The notes below the pieces were generated by a model. That model saw nothing but the letters and a program-made list of their open reading frames with translations. It was not told the origin of the DNA and did no database searches. A stretch of 64,000 bases of DNA from Octopus vulgaris. Taxonomy: Eukaryota. The DNA is taken from positions 102,672,001 through 102,736,000 of the forward strand of contig OX597823.1 in NCBI GenBank assembly GCA_951406725.2, in the 5' to 3' direction. Positions 1 through 11,596 of the stretch are shown here, piece after piece; position 1 is the stretch's first letter; each line of letters begins with the position of its first letter. The translations under genes were made by a program, and so were the position numbers.

Positions 1-165
1 GTGGTCGTATCGTGTAGGAATACAATCGCACGCGATCCCATTCTTAATGAAATATTACAGACCATATAATACATACAGTAACGATTGAACATAAGTGAAT
101 TGACAACAGGATTTCTTTTTGATTTATATACATTATTTATTTTACATATTTTACAACCATGTTGG
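1..165 (-). mobile_element. Diverged LTR (U5-end) fragment related to the gypsy LTR at 676-1584
   Basis: Reverse complement (acatggttgtaaaatatgtaaaataaataat...caattcacttatg...cgcgtgcgattgtattcctacacgatacgacca) aligns by eye with the LTR 3' part at ~1403-1563; truncated by the window edge. Confidence 0.75.
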
Positions 166-429
166 TTGGAAGTTTATATAAGTGTTAGCATGTCCTTGAT
201 ACAAGGACATTCAGTAAGTTTCCCGCCATAACAAATACCTTGTACAACAACGGCAGTCTAATAAAGTATCTCGTATCGTTAACACGTTTTTTCAGTCTCT
301 CTCATTTTCTTAATCTTTCATACTAAGTACTCACTACTTCTTTTAATACTCAATACATTATATATATATAGCAACAACAATGGGGATAGAAGAGTGGCGA
401 TGTGCGCAGACCCAACCAGTTGGGAGCGC

Positions 430-592
430 ACAGTAAAATGCACCTTCTGTCAGACATCTATGCTTCTAACCATGGAGGTCTGCAATGGGATTCAATAGCC
501 ATCGGAGAGCTCATGCAGGGGAAGTAAGAATGGCCTTGACAATGAAGAAGTACAAGGACACCGCAATTATCTGCGAAGATAGAACAATTACC
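430..592 (+). mobile_element. Possible 3' tail of an RTE-type LINE
   Basis: Encodes KCTFC and RSAMGFNSHRRAH (C2H2-like, split over two frames), then runs into a (TATG)n tail. Confidence 0.3.
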
Positions 593-664
593 ATGTATGT
601 ATGTATGTATGTATGTATGTATGTATGTATGTATGTATGTATGTATGTATGTATGTATGTATGT
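593..664. repeat. (TATG)n microsatellite
   Basis: Pure tetranucleotide run. Confidence 0.95.
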
Positions 665-675
665 GTATATATATG

Positions 676-1584
676 TGTAGCGTGGCAATTTCAGCCTTTT
701 TGGAATATGACCATAGCGATTGTTAATATCTTGACTGTGTGAAGGGCAAGGTAGAAATGATCTCGTTTGAGGTTACAACCATCTTTGGTCAACTTGTTCT
801 TGTTCTAAACACTAACTTGATTGGCTGATAGGTGACACGAGTGGTCTCTACGTGTTTCGCGCCACTGTTTGACATGTGACACGAGGGTCCCTACGAAGTC
901 CGCGCCACTGATGGACACGTGACGCGAATTGTCTCGACTTATTTCGCGTCACTGGTTGACATGTGACACGAGGGTCCCTACGAAGTCCGCGCCACTGATG
1001 GACACGTGACGCGAATTGTCTCGACTTATTTCGCGCCATAATTGCGAATCAGCCAATCAAGACTTTCGGTTAAAATTCCATTTTCTGGAGTTCGGTGAGC
1101 CAACCGAACAGTATATAAAGCAGGGTTTCACAGACACTTAGATCTTGGGTTCCAGTTCTTCTAAGAACTAACTTAGGCCCCTGCTGCTCAACTTAGAGAT
1201 ATGCGATTGTCTCTGCTACTACCTGTTGCTACGCTAATCTATACAAACACTGAAAGCCTCTCGAGTAGATTCCAGCATCTTGCCCTATGAACAGTAAACT
1301 AAATGCCATTCTTAATTCTATGTTCAGTACCTTTGGGTATGCTTCACGCCACCCGAACACACAGACACAAAACATGCTAACGCTTACGAACTCTTAGAAT
1401 CCACATGATTGTAAAATATGTAAAATAAATAATATTTATCTACCAACAGAAGACTTGTGTCAATTCACTTATGTCCTATTATCGTTTGTATGTATTTTAT
1501 GGCTTTGAATAATTCGTTAAGAGTAGAACCGCGTGCAATCGTATTTCCTACACGATACGACCAAGCGTGATCCTATTTCTTACA
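676..1584 (+). repeat. 5' LTR
   Basis: TGTAGCG...TTACA; differs from 3674-4582 at roughly 15 positions counted by eye. Confidence 0.95.
816..1119 (+). promoter_or_regulatory. LTR U3 promoter: inverted CCAAT boxes around five 43-44-bp CpG-rich units, then a TATA box
   Basis: CTTGATTGGCTGAT (816-829) and ATCAGCCAATCAAG (1048-1061) are exact reverse complements; units start GTGAC(A/G)CGA; TATATAAA at 1112-1119; AATAAA at 1424-1429. Confidence 0.6.
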
Positions 1585-1585
1585 C

Positions 1586-1597
1586 TGGTGACCCGAC
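1586..1597 (+). other. Primer-binding site, tRNA-Trp-like
   Basis: TGGTGACCCGAC starts 1 nt after the LTR end and resembles the complement of the tRNA-Trp 3' end (TGGTGACCCCGAC). Confidence 0.7.
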
Positions 1598-1717
1598 CCT
1601 ACGCAGCCATTCGCATACACTACGCAGCCGATAATAGTACGGAAGTATTGACACAGAAGAAGCTGTAAAAGGAATATTTTTTGAAAAACAAAAACAAAAT
1701 GCATATCCACAAATATA

Positions 1718-2557
1718 ATGGAGCAGGAAAAAAAAGAATGCGGAGCATCGTACTTCGACAAAAGTTACACACAAGCTTCTGTCAATGTCTTGAGTAGTCC
1801 CCCCTGGACTGGTGACACACTGATGTGGTTAACGCAACTAGAGGCAACTTTCAGAGCCAACAGAATAGCGAACGAAGAACAGAAGTACAACATCATGCTT
1901 AGTAACTTGCCGCCACCGCTAAGCAATGAAATCAGGGATCTGTTACTGAACCCTATGGAACCGGTGTCGTATTCTTCGATTAAGGAAGAAATATTGAAGC
2001 GCACGTCTAGTTCCAAGCAAAAGGAATTCGCGAAATTGTTTAACGGTGAAGAGCTGGGTAATAGAAAACCCACGCAGCTGTTGAGAAGGATGAACGAACT
2101 GCTGGGGAACCAGCAAATAGAGGAATCGTACCTCAAGGAGGTATTTTTCAACAAACTGCCGCATAAAACACAAACCTTGCTCTCGGCAGTAAAAAACCAG
2201 AACTCAATCCAACAGTTGGCGGACCTAGCGGACGGTATTTTGGAGTTATCGTCCAAGGAGACTATCAGTGCGATTCCTTCAATTTCAAATGAGATACAAG
2301 AATTGAAGAAATGTTACGAGCAACAGTTCGAAGTATTGACAAAAAAAATTAAGAGCTTACAACTGGAGAGAAACAGCCGCGCCGATCAGAGAAAAAACAC
2401 AAAGTGGCGCAGGAGATCGAAGAGCCCTAGCGTGAACAGAAACGCCATATGCTGGTATCACGCTAAATTCGGAGAGAATTCCTTTAAGTGCATCAAACCC
2501 TGTGCGTTCGATTTCCTTGCTAAAAAAAAGAAAATTCGGGAAACTTCTAAACCATAG
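1718..2557 (+). CDS. gag: Gag protein of the gypsy element
   Basis: PPW...WLTQLEATF N-terminal motif, LGNRKPTQLLRRM, and C-terminal CWYHAKFG...CIKPC knuckle typical of invertebrate gypsy Gag. Confidence 0.85.
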   Translation: MEQEKKECGASYFDKSYTQASVNVLSSPPWTGDTLMWLTQLEATFRANRIANEEQKYNIMLSNLPPPLSNEIRDLLLNPMEPVSYSSIKEEILKRTSSSKQKEFAKLFNGEELGNRKPTQLLRRMNELLGNQQIEESYLKEVFFNKLPHKTQTLLSAVKNQNSIQQLADLADGILELSSKETISAIPSISNEIQELKKCYEQQFEVLTKKIKSLQLERNSRADQRKNTKWRRRSKSPSVNRNAICWYHAKFGENSFKCIKPCAFDFLAKKKKIRETSKP

Positions 2558-3371
2558 ATTGGATGCGACGAAGTCTGTGGGTAACATTGTAAAAAGTCGC
2601 GTGTTTTTCGTATACGACTTAAAATCAAAAGAAAGATTTCTCGTGGATACAGGAGCAGCGTGTTCGATATGGCCTGTAAGGCTCTTAAAACAGAAGACCA
2701 AACCCGTGTATATGACTCTTCAAGCGGTGAATCAGTCTGAAATTCAAACGTTTGGAGAGATCAGCTTAACGCTCGACATAAATTTGCGAAGGGAATACAA
2801 ATGGGTATTCATAGTAGCAGATTTACCATATCCAATATTAGGAGCGGATTTTTTGGCGCACTACCATTTAATGGTAGATGTGAACAAACAAAAGTTAATA
2901 GATACACAAACTTCCCTAAAAATTCAGGGAATGAGATGCAGAAGAGCAACAATCAGTCCACTATATTTCATAGCGTCCGCAGAAAATAAGTACCACAAGA
3001 TTTTGGAAAACTATCCACAAATCACGAAGCAGTTAACTCTGAATACCACGTGTACGCATTCGGTGACACATCACATCATCACACAAGGACCACCGAGTTT
3101 TTCTAAGCCGAGGAGATTATCGCCGGAGAAATTGAAGGTGGCTAAGGCGGAGTTTCGGCATATGATGGATCTGGGTATAATCTGACCTTCCAGTAGTAGC
3201 TGGTCAACACCATTAGTTATGGTAAAGAAAAACCTCATCGACTGGCGACCTTGTGGAGATTTCAGACAACTGAATGCGAAAACAAAGCCTGACAAATATC
3301 CAATACCCCACATAATGGATTTTGCGACTTCCTTGAGTGGTTGTACCATTTTTTCAAAGATAGATTTAGTC
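2538..3371 (+). pseudogene. pol: Pol fragment: aspartic protease and N-terminal RT
   Basis: FLVDTGA and ILGADFL (protease); in-frame TGA at 3183-3185; then [35 protein letters not shown], where homology stops abruptly. Confidence 0.92.
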
Positions 3372-3660
3372 ATATTTATTTATATTTTTTTTTAAAATAA
3401 GACAGATTTGATTTTTATTCATGGATTATTTCACGGAAAAAAACAAAAAAAAAACAAAAAAGCAAAAGAAAAACGTTATTTTTTTTCTCAGTGAAAGGAG
3501 AAAAACAATGTACGGACATGAAATGTAAGCGGAGAGACTAAATTCATGTTTTAACCTTGTAAATGCATTTGGGTATATATATAAAAAAAATAATAAATAA
3601 ATTTTTTAAAAAATACATATGTATAACTAATTTCATTCGCAAAATTGTAACAATTTTTCT

Positions 3661-3673
3661 GGTGAGAGGCTGA
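3661..3673 (+). other. Polypurine tract
   Basis: GGTGAGAGGCTGA directly before the TG of the 3' LTR. Confidence 0.65.
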
Positions 3674-4582
3674 TGTAGCGGGGCAATTTCAGCCTTTTTG
3701 AAATATGACCATAGCGATTGTTAATATCTTGTCTGTGTGAAGGGCAAGGTAGAAATGATCTCGTTTGAGGTTACAACCATCTTTGGTCAACTTGTTCTTG
3801 TTCTAAACACTAACTTGATTGGCTGATAGGTGACACGAGTGGTCTCTACGTGTTTCGCGCCACTGTTTGACATGTGACACGAGGGTCCCTACGAAGTCCG
3901 CGCCACTGATGGACACGTGACGCGAATTGTCTCGACTTATTTCGCGTCACTGGTTGACATGTGACACGAGGGTCCCTACAAAGTCCGCGCCACTGATGGA
4001 CACGTGACGCGAATTGTCTCGACTTATTTCGCGCCATAATTGCGAATCAGCCAATCAAGACTTTCGGTTAAAATTCCATTTTCTGGAGTTCGGTGAGCCA
4101 ACCGAACAGTATATAAAGCAGGGTTCACAGACACTTAGGTCTTGGGTTCCAGTTCTTCTAAGAACTAACTTAGGCCACCTGCTCAACTTAGAGATATGCG
4201 ATTGTCTCTGCTACTGCCTGTTGCTACGCTAATCTATACAACCACTGAAAGCCTCCCGAGTAGATTCCGGCACCTTACCCTATGAACAGTAAACTAAATG
4301 CCATTCTTAATTCTATGTTCAGTACCTTTGGGTATGCTTCACGCCACCCGAACACACAGACACAAAACATGCTAACGCTTACGAACTCTTAGAATCCACA
4401 TGATTGTAAAATATGTAAAATAAATAATATTTATCTACCAACAGAAGACTTGTGTCAATTCACTTATGTCCTATTATCGTTTGTATGTATTTTATGGCTT
4501 TGAATAATAATTCGTTAAGAGTAGAACCGCGTGCAATCGTATTTCCTACACGATACGACCAAGCGTGATCCTATTTCTTACA
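3674..4582 (+). repeat. 3' LTR
   Basis: Near-identical direct repeat of 676-1584. Confidence 0.95.
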
Positions 4583-6502
4583 AAGCTATTCGTTACACTA
4601 TTCTTTCCCTTAGAGAGTTTGTCAAAAGACAAACAAATGATAATAGGAATTATTGCAGCAATGGGCACTATGCAAAAATTGAACAACGTTCAAAACTGTG
4701 AATGCAAAGTGTGAAGTTACAGGTGCATCAGCAAGGCCAGAAAACTCATAAATATCAGGAGAGAGAATCTTAGGTGATGTGTACAAGACAGGAGGTGCCT
4801 ATTCGAGTAATGCAATGTCGCTTCTGTGCAAAGAGCAGGGTCTGTGTTTTGGCTTCGAGGCAGCGTTAAGTGAGCGTGTGCATGATTCAGTTGTAACGGG
4901 AACTCGTTGCTTCTTACACTTTTGGGGTGCAACTCAGGTGCAACACAATTTCCGTTCTTTAATTTCCAGAATCTACCAGTCAAGGAACACGAACGCAACC
5001 TTAAAAGTATATATATTCTTTATTTTCTTATTTACAGAAAGAAGTAAGGTGGTATTTTGGTATCCACTTGGTTCTGGTGTTGCAAGGCTGAACTTTAACA
5101 CTTGTAAGAATCTTACAACAAGTTCAGCAGCAAAACAGAGCAGGTCAAATCTTAGCGTCCAGAGACAGCGGAGAAAATAGGTCTGCCACAATCTCGTATG
5201 AAGGCGTTCTGCTACTACTGCTATGCATGTCTCTCTGTTCCCTTGTTAAGGGAACGCTGTCCCTCACCTATCAGCTAATGCCACATCAGCAATTCCTTCT
5301 TCAGTCTTCGCGCATGTCCGAGAGGGCACTTCCCTTCTGCCTTTCCAGAAGGCTCCAACCCCGCACACGCACACTGAAGAAGGACGTTCCGCACCCGCAC
5401 ACTGAAAATGACGTTGCGCGCGCGCACTGTTGTATAACGTCACTACACAGTAATAAATTTCGTATACATGTGCTGAAAATGATACAGCAGCGAACTTTCA
5501 TTGATAGGAGCTGAGGCGAGAGAGGGTGCATTCTCAATCCATGGTATAATTGGAAAATTTCTGGTAGAAATGTGCATTGTATGGTAGGTACCTTAAACGA
5601 AGCGCAAAGACCTATACACATGTACCGGTGGTATTCGTTACATGTGTATACGGGGTGAACATATTCCAGAGAAATGAAAACGAGTGGTCACGCATAAGGA
5701 GATGAGCACAAAAAGACAATTCCATTGATCCTACAGTTCGTGAAGTCTGTGACCGCATATGTATGTCTTGCGCAGACCCGATGAACCACCAGAGAAGCCA
5801 CCCAGAAAGCCCAAATTACCGGTTTTTAGCTGAGGTCAACCTCACATACACTGTCTTCTAGAAGACGTGTATAAATCACTCAGGTTTATCTAGGCACATG
5901 ATCATGCACAGAGAAAATTATTGGAATGATCCAGAATAACCAATTAGCCAGAGAATTTGTATGGATATCGAATTTGCAACAAGTTCAGTAAGTTGCTGGC
6001 AGGATTCAAGAGCTTTTGCCGTTCACACAACATATAATGTTGTGATACATTTTATTTAGTCAGTGGTGTTCAAATTCGTTTAACGAGTTGACTGCCATCA
6101 TTTATATGTTTATGTATGTATCTGCATGTGTGTGTGTGTGTTTGTGTGTGTCTATCCGTGTGTACGTTTGTGAGCTTCAAAGCGTTTATATGTACAATTA
6201 ACTATAACAATTTTGTAATTCCCAGTAATTATCGTATTCTTTTACTAGTTAAAATGAAAAATTTATTTGAAAAAGTTTTCCGTCATTTTTCTTATGTCTT
6301 CATCTTCGGTACATATGTACAGGTCTTTGCACTTCGTTTAAGGTACCTACCACACAAGGCACATTTTCTGCCAGAAATTTCCATAGATTGAGAATGCACT
6401 CTCTCGACCCAGCTCCTATTAATGAAATACAGTATCTTCCTTTTCGGCCATATTCTCATTGATATGCTTTAATAATCTTTAAAGTACAAAATGTTAGGAT
6501 TA

Positions 6503-7686
6503 CACTGGTCAACAAAATGAAACTTTTTTTAATCATCGGAGTTGCTGGTCAATTTTTGATGCTGATTACAAATCTGGAGTCCGATTTCCTGTATCAGGTC
6601 ACATTTTCATGTTAATGATACCTGCTGTTTTAACTTATTGGATACGTAAAGCATGTCTATATAAAGTATATTGAATACAAGATACGATAATTTCATGGCT
6701 TTTTAGTGTACAAAATTTTAATTATTGTGTACAAATAAGTTAGAATACACTCAAATGCATAACTTAAAATCTTTGGGATTTGAACTTTCTATGGTGTTTT
6801 GTCTCAAGTTCATCCCTGTATAACATCCAACAGTAGTCAGCTAACATTCCTGCATTCAAAAATCCTTGATATCGTTGTTCCATCGATGCAATATCTTGAT
6901 GAAGGTGTTTCTCATGCTCCAAGGTGCTCCAAGGTTCTCTTTTTTGCTCCAAGGTTCTCTGCAAAAAAGTCCAGATGTGAATCAAGAAAATGGACTTTTA
7001 GTGACATCCGACCTCCCATTGCAGCGTAGGAGCCTAGAAGTTATTTCACTCCATTTCTAAACTCTAGAGATCTCTTCTTGCATAGAAAATTTTCACAGAG
7101 CCATTTGAAGGATTCCCAGGCTTTAAGCTCAATCTCATCCAGTGCTGTGAGGAAGTGGTTGTCCTTCAGGAGTTCTTTTATCTTCGGACCTATGAATACG
7201 CCCTCCTTTAGTTTTGCCTCGGTGATTTTTGGAAATTTGGCTTTCACACATTCAAAACCTTTTGAGCTTTTCCTGGCAAGTGTCTTCACGAATTATTTCA
7301 TGAGGCCAAGCTTTATGTGAAGAGGAGGAAGAACATTTTCTGGGTTTAAAAGTGGCTTACTCTGGACGCTAGAAGACATGCCACAGAAATTTTCTCGGAG
7401 AGAGTTAAATTATTTAGTTAGAGACTTGTCATTGTCGAAGGATAAAGCTGAACTATTAGCATCTCGCCTACAAGAAAAGTGTCTACTTAAGAAATATGTT
7501 TGTATTAGTCATTTCAGGAAGAGAAATAAAGATCTTACCTCATGCTTCTCTGTTGATGGACCACTTTGTTTCAGTACTAACACTGATGAGTTATTTCGCT
7601 GTTTGTTCCAAGAACATGTTCCAGCTGAATGGCGCTTATTCATTGAGTCATCAAAGAGAGGCCTCAAGGCAGTACTACTACACAAC
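6503..7686. mobile_element. Chapaev3-like (CMC) DNA transposon remnant with internal inversion
   Basis: Terminus TTA|CACTGGTCAAC; minus strand PPLHIKLGLMK, KLKEGVFIGP, HQDIASMEQRYQG, MLADYCW; plus strand ELNYLVRDLSLSKDKAELLASRL, WRLFIESSKRGLKAVLLHN. Family assignment is from recall of these motifs. Confidence 0.7.
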
Positions 7687-7699
7687 TATCCATTCCCTT

Positions 7700-7815
7700 A
7701 GGACATTTAGTGCACATGGGAAGCAGCCAAGAAACACGCCAATGACCGCAAAAAGTGGAAAACAACTGTGGAGGCCCTATGCTCCACAAGGGGCAAAAAG
7801 GATTAAGAAGAAGAC
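7700..7815 (+). mobile_element. RTE LINE 3' end
   Basis: TWEAAKKHANDRKKWKTTVEALCSTRGKKD-stop followed by a (GAA)n tail. Confidence 0.75.
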
Positions 7816-7819
7816 CTAC

Positions 7820-7852
<33 letters not shown>

Positions 7853-8080
7853 TGTATGTATGTATGTATGTATGTATGTATGTATGCATGTCCCGGATAT
7901 GACTTTAAACTACATCCGGTATTGGGGCCCTGGCTCAGTAGTGCCAAGCTTGTGGGGTGTGGAACCATTTCTTAGCCTCTATTATTCCCAAGTCTACTTT
8001 GACTCGGAGTAATAGAAATCGTCAGAGTCCTAGCTGTGGTTTAACTAGAACATTGACATCCGGGAGTGAAGGCTCCCTAG

Positions 8081-9477
8081 TTCTCGTTAGAACTTACTTC
8101 TTGGAGAAGGTAAATTCGTATAAATATCGTGAAGAGCAGTTAGTTTCTGGTCGTCTCAGTCTCTATTCTGCCACTGGTTTTTATAGATGTTTGTACTGAA
8201 ATATGGGTTCTGTGCCGTGCAACACTTTATCCACTCAAAACAAATTCACGTAAAAGGAATTTCTGGGATTCGTGATCATAAGAAGTGGTTTTACGCGTCT
8301 TATTTTAAAACATATTTTAAAGTCCCGCTATTAACGTGTAACGATTGTATTCAGTAAATAAATAACAAGTAAAATAATAGTTGACGTGGACTCAATTCTA
8401 ACGTTACAATATAGGAAGAAACTTCTTCGAGTTGTTATTGTATAAAGATCAGTTGTGTGTAGACATTCTTTTGTTCGTTGTATTCATCTTTTTTTTATCA
8501 TGGGTTCTGAGAGAAAGAGAGAGAAAGGTAAGAGAATTTACCTTTCTGTGTTGACAAGTAGAGAGAGGGTGAAAGTTGAGTTATCCTGCAATGACAAGTC
8601 ATAGGTGCAGTATTTCTTTTGGGCAAATTTCGAGGTAGGACCAAATTTAGATTCTGTATTTATATTTTTCCCTAATTAAATTAGGTCAGGTTAAACAAGG
8701 TTTTTTTTTTAATCTGTTAACTGCCTTGAACTAAGTCACACGAAATAGTAGTTGACTCTCATAAGTTTGTAAGTATGTCGAGAACAATAGGAGGGAGGTC
8801 ATAGAGAAATCTGGACTGGGTTTCGAATCCTGACAAAGAATCAAGGAAGTGATTCGCTATAAACTAATATGACGAAGGTTATCAAATAATCTATCTTCCT
8901 GAAATGAGGTCTAATTGAAACGCAAGATCGAAGTATTGATCAACGATCATCGACTTAAAAAAATAATATCCATGCATTTTAATAACAGATTTTTAACTCC
9001 CTCCAATAACGTAATATGCCATGGTTTTTAAAATAATCCACCTTATTCAAAAGAGGCTTTGTTGAAACGCAAGGTCAAAGTATTGATGATCGATAATCAA
9101 TCATTCGTTCATGCATCAAATGTTGTATCTTAAAAAATAATATCAGTGCATTTGAATCCCAGAAACAAAGTGAAACGCCAAAACCGCATAGTTACGCATT
9201 TCGTCCTTAAATAGGTTCTTTCTTTCTTTTTTCTACAGATTCTTTTGGTTTTCTATAGATTTCTTTAGTCAAGTTCTCGTTCGAACTTCCTTCTATGAGT
9301 AGGTAAACTCGTATAAAAAACCCTGAAGTGCAGTTAGTTTCTGACAGTCTCAAGCTCTATTGCCCCACTGGTTTTATAGATGTTTGCCCTGAAATATGAG
9401 TTCTGTGCTGTGCAACACTATCCACTTAGAAATAATTTCATGCAGATAAGCTTTTGGGACATCTGATTATACGAAGC
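8081..9477. repeat. Diverged ~200-bp direct repeats (8081-8290 and 9273-9477)
   Basis: ttctcgtt..gaactt..aggtaaa.tcgtataaa..gcagttagtttctg..ccactggttttatagatgtttg..ctgaaatatg.gttctgtgc.gtgcaacact occurs twice. Confidence 0.7.
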
Positions 9478-9506
9478 TGTCTTACTCGATCACGAGTCGG
9501 CTTTCA

Positions 9507-9559
<53 letters not shown>

Positions 9560-9573
<14 letters not shown>

Positions 9574-11096
9574 GCAGTTTGTCTGTGTGTCTGTCAGGTT
9601 GTACCCTCACCCTGACCACGCCTTTCAACCGATTCTGATGAAACTTGACACACACATAGCCCGATGTCATAATTCAAAACTAACGCTGCGAAAATTTTGA
9701 AAAGTTCCCCCAGTTCTGAAAAGAATCGATAAATTCGACATGGGGTCGAGAATCTAAGCTTATCATTCCGTTGTAGTTTTCGCAACTTGCAATCGATTTT
9801 CACCAAACTCATGGTGAAGCTTAATGTTACCCTAAGGAACTTAATTCTGACGTTAGTTTTCCATGCAATACCTTACCATCAGAAAAAATTTTGAGAAATC
9901 GCGTTCGAATTCAAGATGACATATTTTCGACAATATCTTTAACAAATTGGCAGGAATTTTTTTTGAAATTCACAGCGAGCATCATGTCTGCTCCAAGGAG
10001 CTATATGGCCCTTTGATTCCGCCAGGACACGATCTGTCGAAACCCCACAGCAGAGGAGAACTCGCCAAACTGCTGACGCCGCAAACACAGCCATGGCCCG
10101 ATCTGCCGAAACACCACAACAGAGGAGAGCTCGCCAAGCTGCTAACGCCGCAAACACAGCCATGGCCCGATCTGCCGAAACACCACAACAGAGGAGAGCT
10201 CGCCAAGCTGCTAACGCCACAAACACAGCCATGGCCCGATCTGCCGAAACACCACAACAGAGGAGAGCTCGCCAAGCTGCTAACGCCGCAAACACAGCCA
10301 TGGCCCGATCTGCCGAAACACCGCAACAGAGGAGAGCTCGCCAAGCTGCTGACGCCGCAAACACAGCCATGGCCCGATCTGCCGAAACACCGCAACAGAG
10401 GAGAGCTCGCCAAGCTGCTGACGCCACAAACACAGCCATGGCCCGATCTGCCAAAACACCACAACAGAGGAAAGCTCGCCAAGCTGCTAACGCCGCAAAC
10501 ACAGCCATGGCCCGATCTGCCAAAACACCGCAACAGAGGAGAGCTCGCCAAGCTGCTGACGCCGCAAACACAGCCATGGCCCGATCTGCCGAAACACCGC
10601 AACAGAGGAGAGCTCGCCAAGCTGCTGACGCCGCAAACACAGCCATGGCCCGATCTGCCAAAACACCACAACAGAGGAGAGCTCGCCAAGCTGCTGACGC
10701 CGCAAACACAGCCATGGCCCGATCTGCCGAAACACCGCAACAGAGGAGAGCTCGCCAAGCTGCTGACGCCGCAAACACAGCCATGGCCTGATCTGCCGAA
10801 ACACCACAACGGAGGAGAGCTCGCCAAGCTGCTAACGCCGCAAACACAGCCATGGCCCGATCTGCCGAAACACCGCAACAGAGGAGAGCTCGCCAAGCTG
10901 CTGACGCCGCAAACACAGCCATGGCCCGATCTGCCGAAACACCACAACAGAGGAAAGCTTGCCAAGCTGCTGACGCCACAAACATAGCCATGGCCCGATC
11001 TGCCGAAACTCCAGACCAACGAACTATTCGGACATCCAGAGATGCTTATCGACAAAGTTTCTTACATACCCGGGCAACGCCGGGCTATGCTACTAG
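9560..11096 (+). mobile_element. Non-autonomous Helitron carrying STPR-like repeats
   Basis: 5' TATATAAAAGGCAGTTTGTCTGTG shared with 18740; 3' hairpin CCCGGGCAACGCCGGG (11069-11084) then CTAG|T; the 5' TC is obscured by (AT)n. Confidence 0.85.
10024..11030 (+). repeat. 69-bp tandem repeat (~14.5 units) encoding 23-aa STPR-like repeats
   Basis: Unit MARSAETPQQRRARQAADAANTA, ATG every 69 nt from 10093 to 10990; one CGA>TGA stop at 10789. Confidence 0.9.
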
Positions 11097-11169
11097 TATT
11101 ATAATAATAATAATTATTATTATAACACGTGGTTGAAGAGAAAGACGAGAATTCTACTTTACTGTTTAT

Positions 11170-11211
<42 letters not shown>

Positions 11212-11554
11212 ATATATATATATATATATACATACTTTATTTAAAGCAGCAGAAAATTCAACAAAACCTGTTACTCTGAGTTTCACGTTTCCGTTCGTCG
11301 GACATATTACTCTACCACTGGTATTTGAGTACTCTTTTTTTCCACCTTGTTTCACATTTATGTGTTTACTCCGGTATATATATATATAATAGTTATCGCC
11401 ATACTAATATGGCATTCTTATAAAAATAAGAAAAAAGCTGTCCGCTTATTAGCTCCATGAGGCCATCGCCTTAAGTTAGCTATTTGATACACAAACTGTA
11501 TCCATATAACCTTCGAACAAGGGAGGTCAGTCGCTCCACACTACTTGACCGGCA

Positions 11555-11596
11555 GCTACAGACGCGTTTCGGGGTATTGCCCCTTTTCAATGCAGC
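11555..11596 (-). ncRNA. Minimal type I hammerhead ribozyme (U3-A8 core)
   Basis: Reverse complement of the motif at 12037-12078. Confidence 0.75.

Larger units (their letters stand above)
676..4582 (+). mobile_element. Ty3/gypsy LTR retrotransposon, internally deleted (non-autonomous)
   Basis: Two 909-bp TG...CA LTRs, PBS, gag, protease, N-terminal RT and PPT; lacks the rest of RT, RNase H and integrase. Confidence 0.95.

Noticed and set aside
832-1038. 43-44-bp units with conserved ends and variable middles, superficially CRISPR-like
   Set aside because: The variable parts repeat (87-bp duplication), the array lies inside both LTRs, the context is eukaryotic and there are no cas genes
9939-11055. 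Three ~350-aa ORFs in other frames and on the other strand
   Set aside because: By-products of a 69-bp unit lacking stops; only the ETPQQR frame resembles a known repeat
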